A stretch of DNA of 64,000 nucleotides from an uncultured Cytophagia bacterium (GTDB taxonomy: Bacteria > Zhuqueibacterota > Zhuqueibacteria > Residuimicrobiales > Krinioviventaceae). Within the stretch, counting starts at the first letter, position 1. Each line of letters starts with the position of its first letter. The stretch is from positions 85,559-149,558 of the forward strand of contig CAYNSO010000001.1 of the NCBI GenBank assembly GCA_964399735.1. The letters are read 5' to 3'. Of this stretch, positions 19,316 through 31,000 are shown piece by piece. A program made the translations under genes and the position numbers. Under the pieces are notes generated by a model. It was not told the origin of the DNA and made no database searches. It worked only from the letters and a program-made list of their open reading frames with translations.

Positions 19316-21694
19316 ATGAAAACATTCTATATAATTCTATTGACAAGTTTAATTTTTTTATCTTCAAGCTTTGCCGGCTCCATTGAAGGCCTGGTAAAAA
19401 ATGCTGAAAATAACCAGGCGTTGCCCGGTGTTAATATTAAATTAATGAATAAACAAAATGGCGCTGCTTCCGGCGAAAATGGCGTTTTCAGAATAACGTC
19501 TCTTGTTCCCGGTGAATACAAGTTACAATTTACCAGTATGGGGTACCGATCTGAGACCGTAACTGTCCGGTTAACCGGCAATGAAACAGTTAAACTGGCA
19601 ATTGCAATGCAGCCGATGACTATACCACTGCAAGAGATCGTTATTACCGGGACCCGCTATGAAAAGCAATTGCAGGATGTTGCCATGCCATTAACTGTTG
19701 TTGATCGCGAAGAAATAATCCAAACTGCGCCTCAGGATGTTGCCGGGGCGCTGGAAACGCAATCGGGGGTTACACTGGCCCGCGATGGTATATGGGGTAC
19801 TCATGTAAACATTCGCGGACTCAGCCGTACAAATATTGTTCTAATGATTGACGGCAACCGGATTGATACGGCAACAGATCTGGCTGCCGGGCTGGCCATG
19901 ATTGATGTGAACGATGTGAACAGGATCGAAGTCGTCAAGGGCGCGGCATCATCTTTATATGGCACCGGTGCAGTAGGTGGCGTGGTGAATGTTATCACCA
20001 GGGATGGCTATTATAACAAAAGTCCTTATTATCATGTTAACCTCAGCGGCGGGTATGGATCCGTTAATAACAGCGGTTCCGGCTATGCAAGTCTTTCCGC
20101 CGGTGCCGCGCATTGGTATGCAAACATTAACGGGATGAAACGTAACGCGGATAATGTTATGACCCCGGGTGGAGAAATTCCCAACAGCCAGTTCCGGGAT
20201 GATAATATTTCTGCTAAAACCGGTGTAAGGTTTTTATCAAATCAAGAGATCAAATTTAATTATCAGCGCTTTATGGCGCATGATGTAGGTATTCCTGGCG
20301 GCTACCCCTTGTTCACTGATATTGCCGATGTACGTTATCGTATGGAAAAGCGGGAAATGTTCAGCGCAGAATATCGCATCACCAATCTGTTACCCGCTCT
20401 GCCGGCGCTAGCGGTTAAATATTATCAGCAAAAGATCTGGCGTGATGTGGAAAATATTCCCTATACGATTACCAATGTACCGTCGACAAACGGGCAACCG
20501 CCAAAACGGATTAATGTATTAAGCGTTACGCCCCATGCGATTCATGACGCCCGTGGTGTGAATTTGCAAACAGACTGGATTTTATTTCAGAATCACCATG
20601 TAATTGCCGGTATCGACGCATGGGAAAAAGACCTTGACAGTCAACGCGAAAAGAACCTGCGCATTGATGTTCTCAATCCGTCAACCGGCGAGGTAAAGCA
20701 ATCAATTACCCAGGTTGTCGGCGAGCGGCCTTTGCCCATCTCTACCTATCGCAGCTCTGGAATTTACCTGCAGGATGAATTTTCATTCCATAAAAAATAT
20801 TCGCTGACCCTGGGTGGCCGTTATGATAAAATAAATGTGGAGAATGAACAAGCGTTGAATCCCTGGTATCAAATTGTCAACGGTGTAAGGAACAATACTC
20901 CGGCTAACCAGGTGGTGTTGTGGGAAAAAATGCAGGCGCGCAACCATTCCTGGAGCGGCAATCTGGGTTTATTGTATAAAATGACCAAAAATGTCGACTG
21001 GTCCTTATCTCTGGGCAAGTCATTCCGGTCGCCTTATATCGAAGAACGTTATTCATTTCTCGATCTGGGCAGCCTGGTTAAAATTGGCGATCCGAATTTA
21101 AAACCGGAAACTGGTACGTTTACAGATCTGGGTGTGCGTATTCACCATGATCAACTAGTGTTTGTTGGTGATATATTCCTGAATCGGCTGAAAAACCAGG
21201 TGGTGGAAATGCCATCGACTTTTGAAGGCCGTAATGCTCTTAAAAATACCAATATCGGGTCATCAGAACTGTATGGATTTGATATGGATGTATTTTATAC
21301 ATTTCATGAAAAATTACAGGTATTTGGCGGCGCTGCCTGGGTGCATGGTCAGGATACTTATAAAGATACCCCCCTGCCCTTGATCGCGCCCCTGAATGGC
21401 CGGGTCGGCTTATCCGGTCGACTGCTGCGGTTAATCAATTACCAGGCAAGTGCGGTTATGTACGCCGGGCAAGATCGCATTGCCAACTGGGAATATGAAA
21501 CTGGCGGCTATACAACATTTAATGTCCATCTAACTACAATTCCAGTTAATGTAATGTCATGGAAAAGCCGGTTTACCCTGGGCGTTGAAAATTTAACTGA
21601 TAAAGCATATCGTAACCACCTTTCAACGAACCGTGGCGCCATTACCATGGAACCGGGACGTAATTTTATCTTTCGCTGGCAAATAGAACGCTAG
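19316..21694 (+). CDS. TonB-dependent outer-membrane receptor with an N-terminal carboxypeptidase-regulatory-like domain
   Basis: Signal peptide. CarboxypepD_reg-like segment GSIEGLVKN..LPGVNIKL..GVFRITSLVPGEYKLQFTSMGY. Plug motifs (IEVVKGAASSLYGTGAVGGVVNVIT). Long beta-barrel, 792 aa in total. Confidence 0.9.
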   Translation: MKTFYIILLTSLIFLSSSFAGSIEGLVKNAENNQALPGVNIKLMNKQNGAASGENGVFRITSLVPGEYKLQFTSMGYRSETVTVRLTGNETVKLAIAMQPMTIPLQEIVITGTRYEKQLQDVAMPLTVVDREEIIQTAPQDVAGALETQSGVTLARDGIWGTHVNIRGLSRTNIVLMIDGNRIDTATDLAAGLAMIDVNDVNRIEVVKGAASSLYGTGAVGGVVNVITRDGYYNKSPYYHVNLSGGYGSVNNSGSGYASLSAGAAHWYANINGMKRNADNVMTPGGEIPNSQFRDDNISAKTGVRFLSNQEIKFNYQRFMAHDVGIPGGYPLFTDIADVRYRMEKREMFSAEYRITNLLPALPALAVKYYQQKIWRDVENIPYTITNVPSTNGQPPKRINVLSVTPHAIHDARGVNLQTDWILFQNHHVIAGIDAWEKDLDSQREKNLRIDVLNPSTGEVKQSITQVVGERPLPISTYRSSGIYLQDEFSFHKKYSLTLGGRYDKINVENEQALNPWYQIVNGVRNNTPANQVVLWEKMQARNHSWSGNLGLLYKMTKNVDWSLSLGKSFRSPYIEERYSFLDLGSLVKIGDPNLKPETGTFTDLGVRIHHDQLVFVGDIFLNRLKNQVVEMPSTFEGRNALKNTNIGSSELYGFDMDVFYTFHEKLQVFGGAAWVHGQDTYKDTPLPLIAPLNGRVGLSGRLLRLINYQASAVMYAGQDRIANWEYETGGYTTFNVHLTTIPVNVMSWKSRFTLGVENLTDKAYRNHLSTNRGAITMEPGRNFIFRWQIER

Positions 21695-21701
21695 ATACTA
21701 T

Positions 21702-21730
21702 AAAGCCCGTGATTATCAGTCACGGGCTTT
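21702..21730. terminator. Bidirectional terminator between the convergent TonB receptor and cytochrome genes
   Basis: Perfect 11-bp stem AAAGCCCGTGA (21702-21712) / TCACGGGCTTT (21720-21730) with a 7-nt loop. A/T runs are built into both stem ends. Confidence 0.85.
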
Positions 21731-21732
21731 AT

Positions 21733-22860
21733 CTATGGTAAAGTCAAGGTTGCTGTAGTTATGGTTTTGGTCTTGCTAAAAGATGTGCCGGTAATATTCA
21801 ACTCGCGCAATAATGGCGGTGGCGCAATATAATACACCAGAGTCGCCTGAATTGTTTTGGCAGGGATGTTTTGCAGGGTATATTTCAAAATCCGTTCTTC
21901 ATCCGGCAACAGACGGGAATCAAACCTTTCACCGGCAGCTTTCCAGAACAGAGCCGGGGCGCGGCCATTTTGGTCTTCAAGTAGTTTTATAAATACGCCC
22001 TGCGGGTCTTCTTTGAGGGGATTCGTATAGTAGTTCTTCCATATTGTTTGTTTCAACTCATCTTTGGCATCGATATTCAAAAGAACCATCCGCAGAGGAG
22101 ATGCGCCGGGTATACCATGACCCGTAGTTTTGTTTTTGACTTTGACTGTCAAAAAATAGTCATTGCCGGTTTTGTCTGCTTGCAATTCCAGTTTTATACA
22201 ATCAGTTAAAATTTCATCATTAAAAGCCCCATAAAACTGGTGGTTATAGGTATTATCACGGAGTTTGCCGAGTTCAGCCGTTATCCCGCTGATGGCCGGC
22301 ATGTGGCAATCCTGGCAGGAAATATTTAGCCTGTAAAAGGAACTCTTTTTCCATTCGTTTTCCAGATCAATAAAAGAAACGCCATGCGGATGATCAGTAT
22401 TATTATGACAAGTCAGGCAAAATTTAGCTTTGCCAATATCTGCCGAGTATTTAAATCCATGAGATGTTGAAATTGCATCTTTGTATGGACCGGTTTTGAT
22501 ATTGCCGGGAATCGGTTTGAACCAGGTATTGGCTCCGCTGCCGGTTAATTCAGTGGCATGACAAAAATCGCAGGTAATTCCTTCCTGACGTAATTTGGGG
22601 CTGGTTAGTTCGGCAAAACCCGGTGACGATAACGGTTCATGGCACTTTTGGCAGGCAGCACGAGATGCCTGGTTGGTTTCAGAAAACATTGCCCGATAAA
22701 TTTGACTGTGTTCGGGTGTTGATATAGAGTGACGAGATTTTTGCCAATGAGTATATATAGTAGCATGGCAATTCTTGCATTCCTGAGCAGATGTGATAAC
22801 CTGGGCCCAAGTTGTACCCGTTAAAAACAAGACAAAGAATAGCAGTCGTATTGTATGCAT
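21733..22860 (-). CDS. Periplasmic pentaheme c-type cytochrome
   Basis: Five CXXCH motifs (CKNCH, CQKCH, CDFCH, CLTCH, CQDCH). Signal peptide LLFFVLFLTGTTWA. Start placed at ATG 22860. Confidence 0.85.
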   Translation of the reverse strand: MHTIRLLFFVLFLTGTTWAQVITSAQECKNCHATIYTHWQKSRHSISTPEHSQIYRAMFSETNQASRAACQKCHEPLSSPGFAELTSPKLRQEGITCDFCHATELTGSGANTWFKPIPGNIKTGPYKDAISTSHGFKYSADIGKAKFCLTCHNNTDHPHGVSFIDLENEWKKSSFYRLNISCQDCHMPAISGITAELGKLRDNTYNHQFYGAFNDEILTDCIKLELQADKTGNDYFLTVKVKNKTTGHGIPGASPLRMVLLNIDAKDELKQTIWKNYYTNPLKEDPQGVFIKLLEDQNGRAPALFWKAAGERFDSRLLPDEERILKYTLQNIPAKTIQATLVYYIAPPPLLRELNITGTSFSKTKTITTATLTLP

Positions 22861-22884
22861 CGATATCTCAATTTCCCTTATCAA

Positions 22885-23088
22885 TTAACTGTGTGGGGTG
22901 TTGCCGGCTTTTTTCGGGGCGTCAGGCAGAGTAAAAAGTATACCCATACCTGCCCCGTAGAATGTACTGATCCAGGGGTTTCCGGTAATTGGACAGGCGC
23001 CGGTTTTGCAACCTATGAAATAATAAAACGCAAAACCCAGGGCGCCACCAATAACAGTACCAACAAGAACACGATATATTTTTTTCAT
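22885..23088 (-). CDS. Small two-helix membrane protein with a CKTGACPITGNP motif (DUF6132-like, from memory)
   Basis: 67 aa, two hydrophobic helices flanking C-X4-C-PIT-x-NP. Its stop lies 24 nt upstream of the cytochrome start. Confidence 0.5.
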   Translation of the reverse strand: MKKIYRVLVGTVIGGALGFAFYYFIGCKTGACPITGNPWISTFYGAGMGILFTLPDAPKKAGNTPHS

Positions 23089-23236
23089 AAATTATTTCCA
23101 GTAATATAAAAGGCAAGTGAATACTTGCCTGTGTTATAAAGTATTAATCAATGGTTTAAAAATCAAGTATAATTTGACAATATAAAGAAATTAAAATTTT
23201 ACTTTTCAAGAACCGCCGGTTCTTTAACTAGTGAGC

Positions 23237-23446
23237 TCAGCCAAAACCGCTTGAGCCACAGGAATGGCCCCCTGAACTGCCGACCTTTGAAATTTCATTA
23301 CCGGATGACGCAAATGCAGAAAACATCTTTTCCGGGGCTGGGGCGCCGCAGGCAGGACAGTGCAGGTTTTCACCGGTTTCACCAACTTTTTGAAATTCTT
23401 CAAAAATATGCTTGCATTGTGTGCATTTGTACTCATAAATTGGCAT
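23237..23446 (-). CDS. FmdB-family zinc-ribbon protein
   Basis: MPIYEYKCTQCKHIFEEF...HCPACGA (CXXC...CXXC). The real start is ATG 23446. The longer listed ORFs are upstream read-through. Confidence 0.8.
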   Translation of the reverse strand: MPIYEYKCTQCKHIFEEFQKVGETGENLHCPACGAPAPEKMFSAFASSGNEISKVGSSGGHSCGSSGFG

Positions 23447-23664
23447 AAAGCAGTTATTTCTCCTCTGTTTTTTCTGGTTGTTTTTTTCCATCTTCCACCG
23501 GAAGATCGCAGGCGCCGGACATTCAAGTCGGCACCCCCAGCCGGGGTAATATAAATTTCTGCAGCAATATCCAGACGACAATAAATGCAATGATAGTAAT
23601 GCTCATAGCCGCTCCTTGTTTGATTGTTATTACTAGTTAGATGCACAGAGCAGCTAAAAAATTC

Positions 23665-23702
23665 AAAAAAAAACGCAAATCCAGTTCAGGATTCGCGTTT
23701 TT
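23665..23702 (-). terminator. Rho-independent terminator after the SPFH gene
   Basis: ACGCAAATCC (23673-23682) / GGATTCGCGT (23689-23698) pairs at 9 of 10 positions with a 6-nt loop. On the minus strand it is followed by T9 (plus-strand A-run 23665-23673). Confidence 0.65.
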
Positions 23703-23718
23703 CAATCATTGCGTTATT

Positions 23719-24468
23719 CTATTTCTTTGCTTTGTTTGGTAAAAAAGGGGATATCAGATCGATGGGAATTGGAAAAATTGTTGTCGAGTTATTTTCCGAA
23801 GCAACTTCGGCCAATGTTTGCAAATAACGCAATTGCAAGGCCTCAGGATGTTTGGAAATAACGTTAGCAGCTTTGGCCAGGGTTTCCGAAGCTTCATATT
23901 CACCCATGGCATGGATCACTTTGGCGCGTCTTTCCCGCTCGGCTTCCGCTTGTTTGGCCATGGCACGCTGCATATCCGCAGGCAAGTCAACGTGTTTTAC
24001 TTCAACAGAAGTAACTTTGATACCCCATGGATCGGTATGCTTGTCGATAACTTTTTGTAATTCCTGGTTGATCTTATCCCGTTCTGCCAGCAATTCATCC
24101 AGTTCGGCCTGGCCCAATATACTACGTAACGTGGTTTGTGCGAGTTGCGAGGTGGCATATAAATAATCTTCCACTTCAACAATAGCTTTGCTCGGTTCAA
24201 CCACACGGTAAAATATTACTGCATTTACTTTAATGGAAACGTTATCTTTGGTTATCACATCCTGGGTGGGCACATCCAGGGTAATCACTCGCAGGCTTAC
24301 CTTGACCACCCGGTCAATAATGGGAATAATAAAGAATATACCGGGTCCTTTGTAATCAACCAGACGTCCCAGCCTGAATATTACTCCACGTTCATATTCG
24401 CGGAATATTTTAATAGCGCTGGTTAGCAATAACACAAGCAGAACAATTATCACTATTAGGGGTTGCAT
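23719..24468 (-). CDS. SPFH/band-7 (stomatin/slipin-like) membrane protein
   Basis: N-terminal TM helix then the SPFH core ([13 protein letters not shown]...[12 protein letters not shown]...). AAGGAGG RBS before ATG 24468. Confidence 0.9.
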   Translation of the reverse strand: MQPLIVIIVLLVLLLTSAIKIFREYERGVIFRLGRLVDYKGPGIFFIIPIIDRVVKVSLRVITLDVPTQDVITKDNVSIKVNAVIFYRVVEPSKAIVEVEDYLYATSQLAQTTLRSILGQAELDELLAERDKINQELQKVIDKHTDPWGIKVTSVEVKHVDLPADMQRAMAKQAEAERERRAKVIHAMGEYEASETLAKAANVISKHPEALQLRYLQTLAEVASENNSTTIFPIPIDLISPFLPNKAKK

Positions 24469-24499
24469 TTTTACCTCCTTGATTATGTGAGTTGTATGT

Positions 24500-25810
24500 T
24501 CATTTTTTAATGTTCTCAACAGTCATAACTAAACCATTCACGGCCCGGACGACAATTTTTTCACCTTTTTTGATTGCTACGGAGGATTCAGCCTGCCATA
24601 TTTCTCCATGAACAGCTACGCTACCCTTGTCTTTGATCGGCGTTAACGCTTCGCCAATTTCGCCAATTAATCCTTCTTTGCCGGTTTTTGGCTGGGTTAA
24701 TCGGGCTTTAACAGCCATTCCCAGGGCAAAGACAAAAAAAGCCGCGGTTGCCAGCGCAACAGTCAGGGCAACGCGCCAATCAACCATAACGGGAAAGCCG
24801 GGAGTTTGATCGAACAACATAATAGAGCCGAGAAACATGGCAATGATTCCTCCGATAGTAAGAATGCCGAAACTGGTCACTTTAACCTCCAAAACGAATA
24901 AAATGATGGCAAACAAAATCAACAAAACCCCGGCTGTGTTCACCGGCAGCGTTTGCAGGGCAAACAGGGCAAGAATAAGGAATATTCCTCCGGCAACTCC
25001 CGGAAGGATCGTTCCGGGATTGGACAGCTCAAAAAATAGCCCGTAAATTCCCAGCATTAACAGAATATAGGCAATTGTGGGGTTGGAAATTTTATTGAGA
25101 ATCTGGTGACGCCAGTTCATTTCCGAAAAAACCACCCTGGCGTTACGAGTATGCAGCGTTTTTGTCTCATCTCCTTCAAGTATAACCGTTTTACCATCAA
25201 TGGCGGCGAGCAGACTGTCCTGGGTAGGACAAATCAGATCGATAACGTTAATGCGCAGCGCTTCAGCCTCATTAATGGAAACGCTTTCTCGGACTGCCTT
25301 TTCAGCCCAGTCTGCATTGCGGCCATGTTTTTCGGCAATCCCGCGTATCCAGGATGATGCATAATTGGTCACTTTTTCGCCCATAACCTGTGATGAATCC
25401 TGCTGGCCACCAATACCGACCGGGTGAGCCGCGCCTATATTTGTGCCTTCTGCCATTGCTGCAATATGGCACGCCATGGTAATGAAAACTCCTGCCGAGA
25501 CCGCACCGGATCCGCTCGGTGAAATATACATCACCACAGGTACCTTTGCGGTAAAAATTGACTTGACAATCGTTTTGGTCGATTCAAGCAAGCCGCCGGG
25601 GGTGTCCATTTCGATTAACAAGCACTCGTAATTCTCCTGTTCGGCTTTTTTGATATTATCAACAATATACTGTGCCGATGCCGGATTGATGTCGCCATTG
25701 ATGGAAATTTTCAAAACATCGCCCTGCTCGGCGATTGACTGCGCGGAATAAATAAATATCAGAATTGTTAGAATAAATAGAACATGACCTGATTTTTTAA
25801 TTGTGTTCAT
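24500..25810 (-). CDS. NfeD-family membrane-bound ClpP-class serine protease (stomatin operon partner)
   Basis: ClpP-like domain (IEMDTPGGL..., [10 protein letters not shown]), then four or more TM helices, then a C-terminal NfeD OB-fold ([12 protein letters not shown]...). Start taken at ATG 25810 with an AAGGA RBS. Confidence 0.85.
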   Translation of the reverse strand: MNTIKKSGHVLFILTILIFIYSAQSIAEQGDVLKISINGDINPASAQYIVDNIKKAEQENYECLLIEMDTPGGLLESTKTIVKSIFTAKVPVVMYISPSGSGAVSAGVFITMACHIAAMAEGTNIGAAHPVGIGGQQDSSQVMGEKVTNYASSWIRGIAEKHGRNADWAEKAVRESVSINEAEALRINVIDLICPTQDSLLAAIDGKTVILEGDETKTLHTRNARVVFSEMNWRHQILNKISNPTIAYILLMLGIYGLFFELSNPGTILPGVAGGIFLILALFALQTLPVNTAGVLLILFAIILFVLEVKVTSFGILTIGGIIAMFLGSIMLFDQTPGFPVMVDWRVALTVALATAAFFVFALGMAVKARLTQPKTGKEGLIGEIGEALTPIKDKGSVAVHGEIWQAESSVAIKKGEKIVVRAVNGLVMTVENIKK

Positions 25811-26329
25811 ATTGTTATCCTTCAATCTTACTTATAAGGACTGCTTTTTATCAGCCACCAATCCTGCCTGGTAACAGAAGAAAATAATTATTGATTGAAT
25901 CAAATACTTTCTATTCGATTTAGCGCTAATTGTTCTTTTTGAAAATAAGCAACACCATTGTCATTTGCAATAAAATTATCTGGTTATTTTTTTCGGTCGT
26001 TTGATTGCTGTTGAAGAATTTTGTTTCTGTTGTTCTTTATAATAATACGTTTTTTTACCTGATTTTATTTCCATACCAGGCATTGTTATTTTGTATGGAA
26101 TAAAATATTTCACTTGACATTGTTACAATATTTTATCAAATTTTCACTATAGGATCCCTGTTACCAGGTAATTAGCAAAAAAGAACCAACACCTATAGCA
26201 TGGGAATTTAGCTCTGGCAGTGTATTACAGGCCTACTTGCAAAAGTCTAGGAAGTAAAAAACGGTCAGGCGGTGCCCACTGTGACAAAAGGGTTCTTTAA
26301 CGCAGCGTTGCCTGGTGCAGGGATTTTTA

Positions 26330-27868
26330 TTAATGAAATACTCCAATCCGGTCCAGGCTGCGGTATTGGATCGCCTCGCTAACATACTCCGGCAAAATTG
26401 CCCCTCCTCCTTCCAGATCGGCAATGGTTCGGGCTACTTTTAATATCCGGTCATAAGCCCGCGCCGAAAGTCCCAGCTTTGTTATCGCCATTTTTAGTAA
26501 TTCATGTCCCTGTTCATTCATAGTACAATAACGGCGAATGTCTTTGGAATTCATACGTGCGTTACAAAACAGATGTGGATTTTCCTTAAAGCGTTGCAAC
26601 TGAATTTGCCTGGCTTTTTCGACACGGGCCCGGATTGCCGCAGAAGGCTCGCCAGTTTCCTGGCTGCTCAATTCTTTATATTTTACAGCCGGTACCTCGA
26701 TGTGAATATCAATCCTGTCCAGGAGCGGCCCGGAAATGCGAGATAGATAGCGCTGAATAACAGGAATTGAGCAGGTGCATTCTTTGTTGGGATCGGTATA
26801 ATAACCACAGGGACAGGGGTTCATTGCTGCTGCCAGCATAAACTCGGCCGGATATGTAAGCGATAGCGCAGCCCGCGATATAGTGACATGACCATCTTCC
26901 AGGGGTTGACGCATCACTTCCAGCACATTTTTTTTAAACTCGGGCAATTCATCGAGGAACAATACACCATGATGAGCCAGGCTCACTTCACCGGGTTTGG
27001 GAATATTACCGCCGCCTATTAAACCGGCATCACTGATGGTATGATGCGGCGAACGGAAAGGCCGCGTGGCCACCAATGCCTGGTTCGCCGGCAAAAGTCC
27101 GGCAACAGAATGGATTTTTGTCGTTTCCAGCGCCTCTTCCAGGGTCATATCCGGCAAAATTGTTGGAATTCGTTTGGAAAGCATGGTCTTGCCCGAGCCG
27201 GGGGGACCGATCATAACAATGTTATGACCACCGGCGGCGGCGACTTCCATTGCTCGTTTGACATGCTCCTGCCCTTTTACATCCAGAAAATCAACCTGAT
27301 AGTTTTGATGATGGGAAAAAATTTCCTGCAGATCGATTTGATACGGTTTATAACTGTTATCGCCATTGAGAAAGTTGATGGCATCATTTAATGTTTTAAC
27401 CGGAATAACTTCCAGGTCACGCGCCATTGCCGCTTCACGGGCATTCTCTTCCGGGATGATAATGCCGCGAATTTTATTTTTTACAATTTCTGTAGCGACG
27501 GACAAAGAGCCATTGGTCGCCCGCAGGCTGCCGTCCAGACTGAGTTCACCTAGAATCAGATAATCCTGCAATTTATCGGTCTGCACCATGCCGGCGGCAG
27601 AAAGTATACCAATCGCAATCGGCAAATCAAAAGCTGCGCCTTCCTTGCGAATATCGGCCGGCGCCAGGTTGACTGTGATCTTTTTTTGTGGAAAACGCAG
27701 CCCCGAATTTTTAACCGCAGCTTCCACTCTGAAATTGGCTTCACGGACTGCGCCATCCGGTAAACCGACCATAAAGAATTTGGGTAGCTGCCCCTCCAGG
27801 TGCACTTCAACTTTGACAATATAGGCATTAATGCCCAAAACCGCGCCGCTCAATACTTGCGATAGCAT
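26330..27868 (-). CDS. YifB/ComM-family Mg-chelatase-like AAA+ ATPase
   Basis: Lon-like N-domain, Walker [10 protein letters not shown], Walker [11 protein letters not shown], zinc-like CPCGY...C.C and a C-terminal helical domain. Start at ATG 27868 ([13 protein letters not shown]). Confidence 0.9.
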   Translation of the reverse strand: MLSQVLSGAVLGINAYIVKVEVHLEGQLPKFFMVGLPDGAVREANFRVEAAVKNSGLRFPQKKITVNLAPADIRKEGAAFDLPIAIGILSAAGMVQTDKLQDYLILGELSLDGSLRATNGSLSVATEIVKNKIRGIIIPEENAREAAMARDLEVIPVKTLNDAINFLNGDNSYKPYQIDLQEIFSHHQNYQVDFLDVKGQEHVKRAMEVAAAGGHNIVMIGPPGSGKTMLSKRIPTILPDMTLEEALETTKIHSVAGLLPANQALVATRPFRSPHHTISDAGLIGGGNIPKPGEVSLAHHGVLFLDELPEFKKNVLEVMRQPLEDGHVTISRAALSLTYPAEFMLAAAMNPCPCGYYTDPNKECTCSIPVIQRYLSRISGPLLDRIDIHIEVPAVKYKELSSQETGEPSAAIRARVEKARQIQLQRFKENPHLFCNARMNSKDIRRYCTMNEQGHELLKMAITKLGLSARAYDRILKVARTIADLEGGGAILPEYVSEAIQYRSLDRIGVFH

Positions 27869-28084
27869 AAGTTTTCCGTTCTGTGTAACGAACCTGTTTT
27901 CATTCCAGTCCGGTACCCCTGATAATTGTTTTGTAATAAAATAAATACGAGGACACACCAACTATTTGGAATAAAATATCAAAATTTTATTAAAAAGCAA
28001 GAGAATTGTACAGATTAAAATTAATCCGGCAATAGGATAAATAACAGAAATTGTATCCATCTGGTTACTTTATCACTATGACGT

Positions 28085-31000
28085 TTATTCGCTACGCAAT
28101 GCTGGTAACAAATTTTGGTGCAAGGCGAGTTTTACGGCCAGATAAATCCATAAAAATCCACAGGCTAACAATGATAATATTGTAATGATAATCGAAAGCG
28201 TTGGCGGCTGTGCACCCGGAGTTGAGAAAACCGGCAATATCGAGATCAGTGCAGCAACACTTCCGGCAACAACCCCGGCGAGTAGCAAAAATAAATGTTC
28301 GGATAACAGATACTTGTATATATCGGTTTGTTTGTACCCAACGGCTGTAAGTAAAGCCAGTTCTGAACGGCGTTCCAGAACATTGCGAACTACGACAATA
28401 CCAAGGCCAATGCTGCCCAGTAACAATCCCAGGCCACCCAAAGATAAAAAAATTGATAAATAGGTATTTTCGATTTTATTAAAAGCAGCCAAACGCTGCG
28501 GTGCAGTTACCAGTTCCAGACCATAATTTTGCAATGAAAAATTCAGCTCTTTTTCAACCGTGGTGCGTAGTGATTGTGGTGCATCAGCTAAAAAGACTTT
28601 ATAGCCGCCAATGGTTGGAAATTTGGCGGTAAACAATGAATCCGAAATCAGCACATGTCCCTGAAATAGAGAGTTTGCAAGGCTTCCAATAATGTATAAC
28701 TTTAACGAATCGCCGTTTTCACTTTGATAGTAAAGAGTATCGCCAATTTCCATGTATAAATTCCAGGTGAGTACGGTCTGGTCAACAATAGCGGGAATAA
28801 TATTTTCACCCCTGGTGTGGTTCAATGCCAACCAGGGATGCTCGGCATTAACGCCCGGTATAGTTTTTATAAAGGTAAACGCGTTGCGATTATCAAATTC
28901 ATACGCCGGAACTCCCAATATCTTTGGTTGCCGTACCATATTCAGGTTAAGACAACTTGCTTCATCTCCTTCTTTAAGGCGGCATTGCACAAATTTAACC
29001 AGCGCGGCCTCTTCAGGGGGCATGTTTAAAAACGCCTGTCCTTTTTCATTATTTAAATTATGCAGGATTGGTGAGACAGTTTCACCCCAAAAGGCAAAGC
29101 CACCGGTACCGGAATCGCGTTTATCAGCATTAAGCAAAGTTCCGTGCCGGTTGGCGCCCTGGGCGATGACCAGAAAAATGCCGCAGGCAAGTAAGGTAAT
29201 GATGGCAAGACTGTTCTTTTTATTGCGACTGCTGTTTAGTATCCCCAATCGTAAAAGCGTGAGATTGGTTTTATTGGCGGGTTTTTGTAAATTGACTAGA
29301 TAGATATTGCACCAGCTAACCGCTGCAATTAATAATAACGTTCCGGCTCCAAAAAAAACACCGGCAGCTTCCTTACCCCGGCCAGGACCGGACAATAACA
29401 GAATGATCAATACACCGGACAAAGAAACAGCGGCAATGAGACGGGAAATGAGCAGCGATTTTTTAGTGAAAGCGGATTGATACCGACTTGTTCCATGTTG
29501 CAAATCTGTAATTGATTTCATCGTTTGTTTAAAAAGAATAAAAGCAATGATGGAACATACAACGACCAAAGTGATCAAAAAGCCGGTCAATAAAGTCTGT
29601 GGCTGCAAATCAAGCATTAATAACGGTTCGCCGACAACATCCTTCCATAAACTTCCCAACGCCCATAGTACAAACTGATTATAGACAATACCGAATAAAA
29701 TTCCGGCCAAGGCTCCGGGAACAGCAACAGCAAGAAACTCTATAAAAAACAAAGTTTTAACCTGCATGTTTGTAAAGCCGATTCCCAGCAACAAACCTGT
29801 TTCAGCAGCACGATTTTCCAGTCCAAATGTAACTAGTAGACCGGTCAATACAAGTCCGGCAACGATAATAAAAAAGCTCAAACCCAGGAACAACTCGCCA
29901 AAATCCTGGGCATTGGCGCTGGCTTGCAGTCCGTCTGCCAAAACCGGAGCAAAGAACAATCCGGCTGTTTCAGGTTTCAGGTTTACACGAATCGCAGAAT
30001 CGATCTGTGCTTGATGGTATTTTGTATTGGAAAAACGCACCAGGGTAAGATTTCCGTAGCGGTTGCCCCACATCTTTTGTGCCTGGGCAAGTGTTACAAA
30101 GGCTTTGGGAGTTCCGCGAAATGAATCCCAATAGTCTTCGTCCTTTTTGCGAATTTTATCCAGATCGATTGGAATACCCGGATCCCAATCCCGGCAATTT
30201 TCTGCATCGACCAAACCGGGGAACTGTGGTACAAGGTTTTTATCCAACGCTCTCCCCTGCATTGGTACAACACTATAAAGAGTAAATTGAGTGGATTGCT
30301 GAACAATGTCTCTACCTGACCCTATGATATAATAATCAATAATAATCTTGTCCCCAATACTGGCTTGCAGATCATCAGCGGCCCATTGATTCAGAATAAT
30401 ACAACTATCCGGCATTTTTTCCGGTACAAGTGGTAAACCGGGCGCGGAGATGAATGAATATGGGGTTGTGTTTCCATTGGACTGTATTTGATTGACAAAG
30501 TAACCAAAAAAGCCGTTATATTTCAAGCCGGTTTGATTAATGGCGTCAATAATCACCGGTTCAATAAAGACACGGGATGAAATCAACTCTTGAGTATTTG
30601 TGAATAGATCGTGCCGAGTCGTCAAGCTTGCATCAGCGAGATTAAAATTTGTTCGCAAAGCGCTGTTGACCTGATCCAGTTCAACAGTACGGGAGTTATT
30701 ATTTGCGACAAGAATCATATTTACCTGATCCTGGCTATCAACCGCATTTTGCAGTGTCGGTAAGGGAATAAAAACATTATATGGCGGTACCTGGCTGTTT
30801 TGCAATCCAAAAGAACCAAATTGTCGATCATCAAGAATCGCGCTTACTGTCACCCGTAATGCAGCGCTTTTTTGCATATCCCGGGCAAAGGGAGCATCAA
30901 GTGGAAAATAATTGATTTTATTGACTCGCAAAATCAATTCATCATTGATTTTTAATGACATTTTTCGGGCAAGGTGAACGTTGATGGCAACCTGATCTAG

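Noticed and set aside
23224-23646. A 140-aa ORF and the 117-aa N-terminally extended version of the zinc-ribbon gene
   Set aside because: FmdB-family proteins begin with MP.YEY.C. The internal ATG 23446 gives exactly that. The upstream extension is Cys/Arg-rich read-through with no support.
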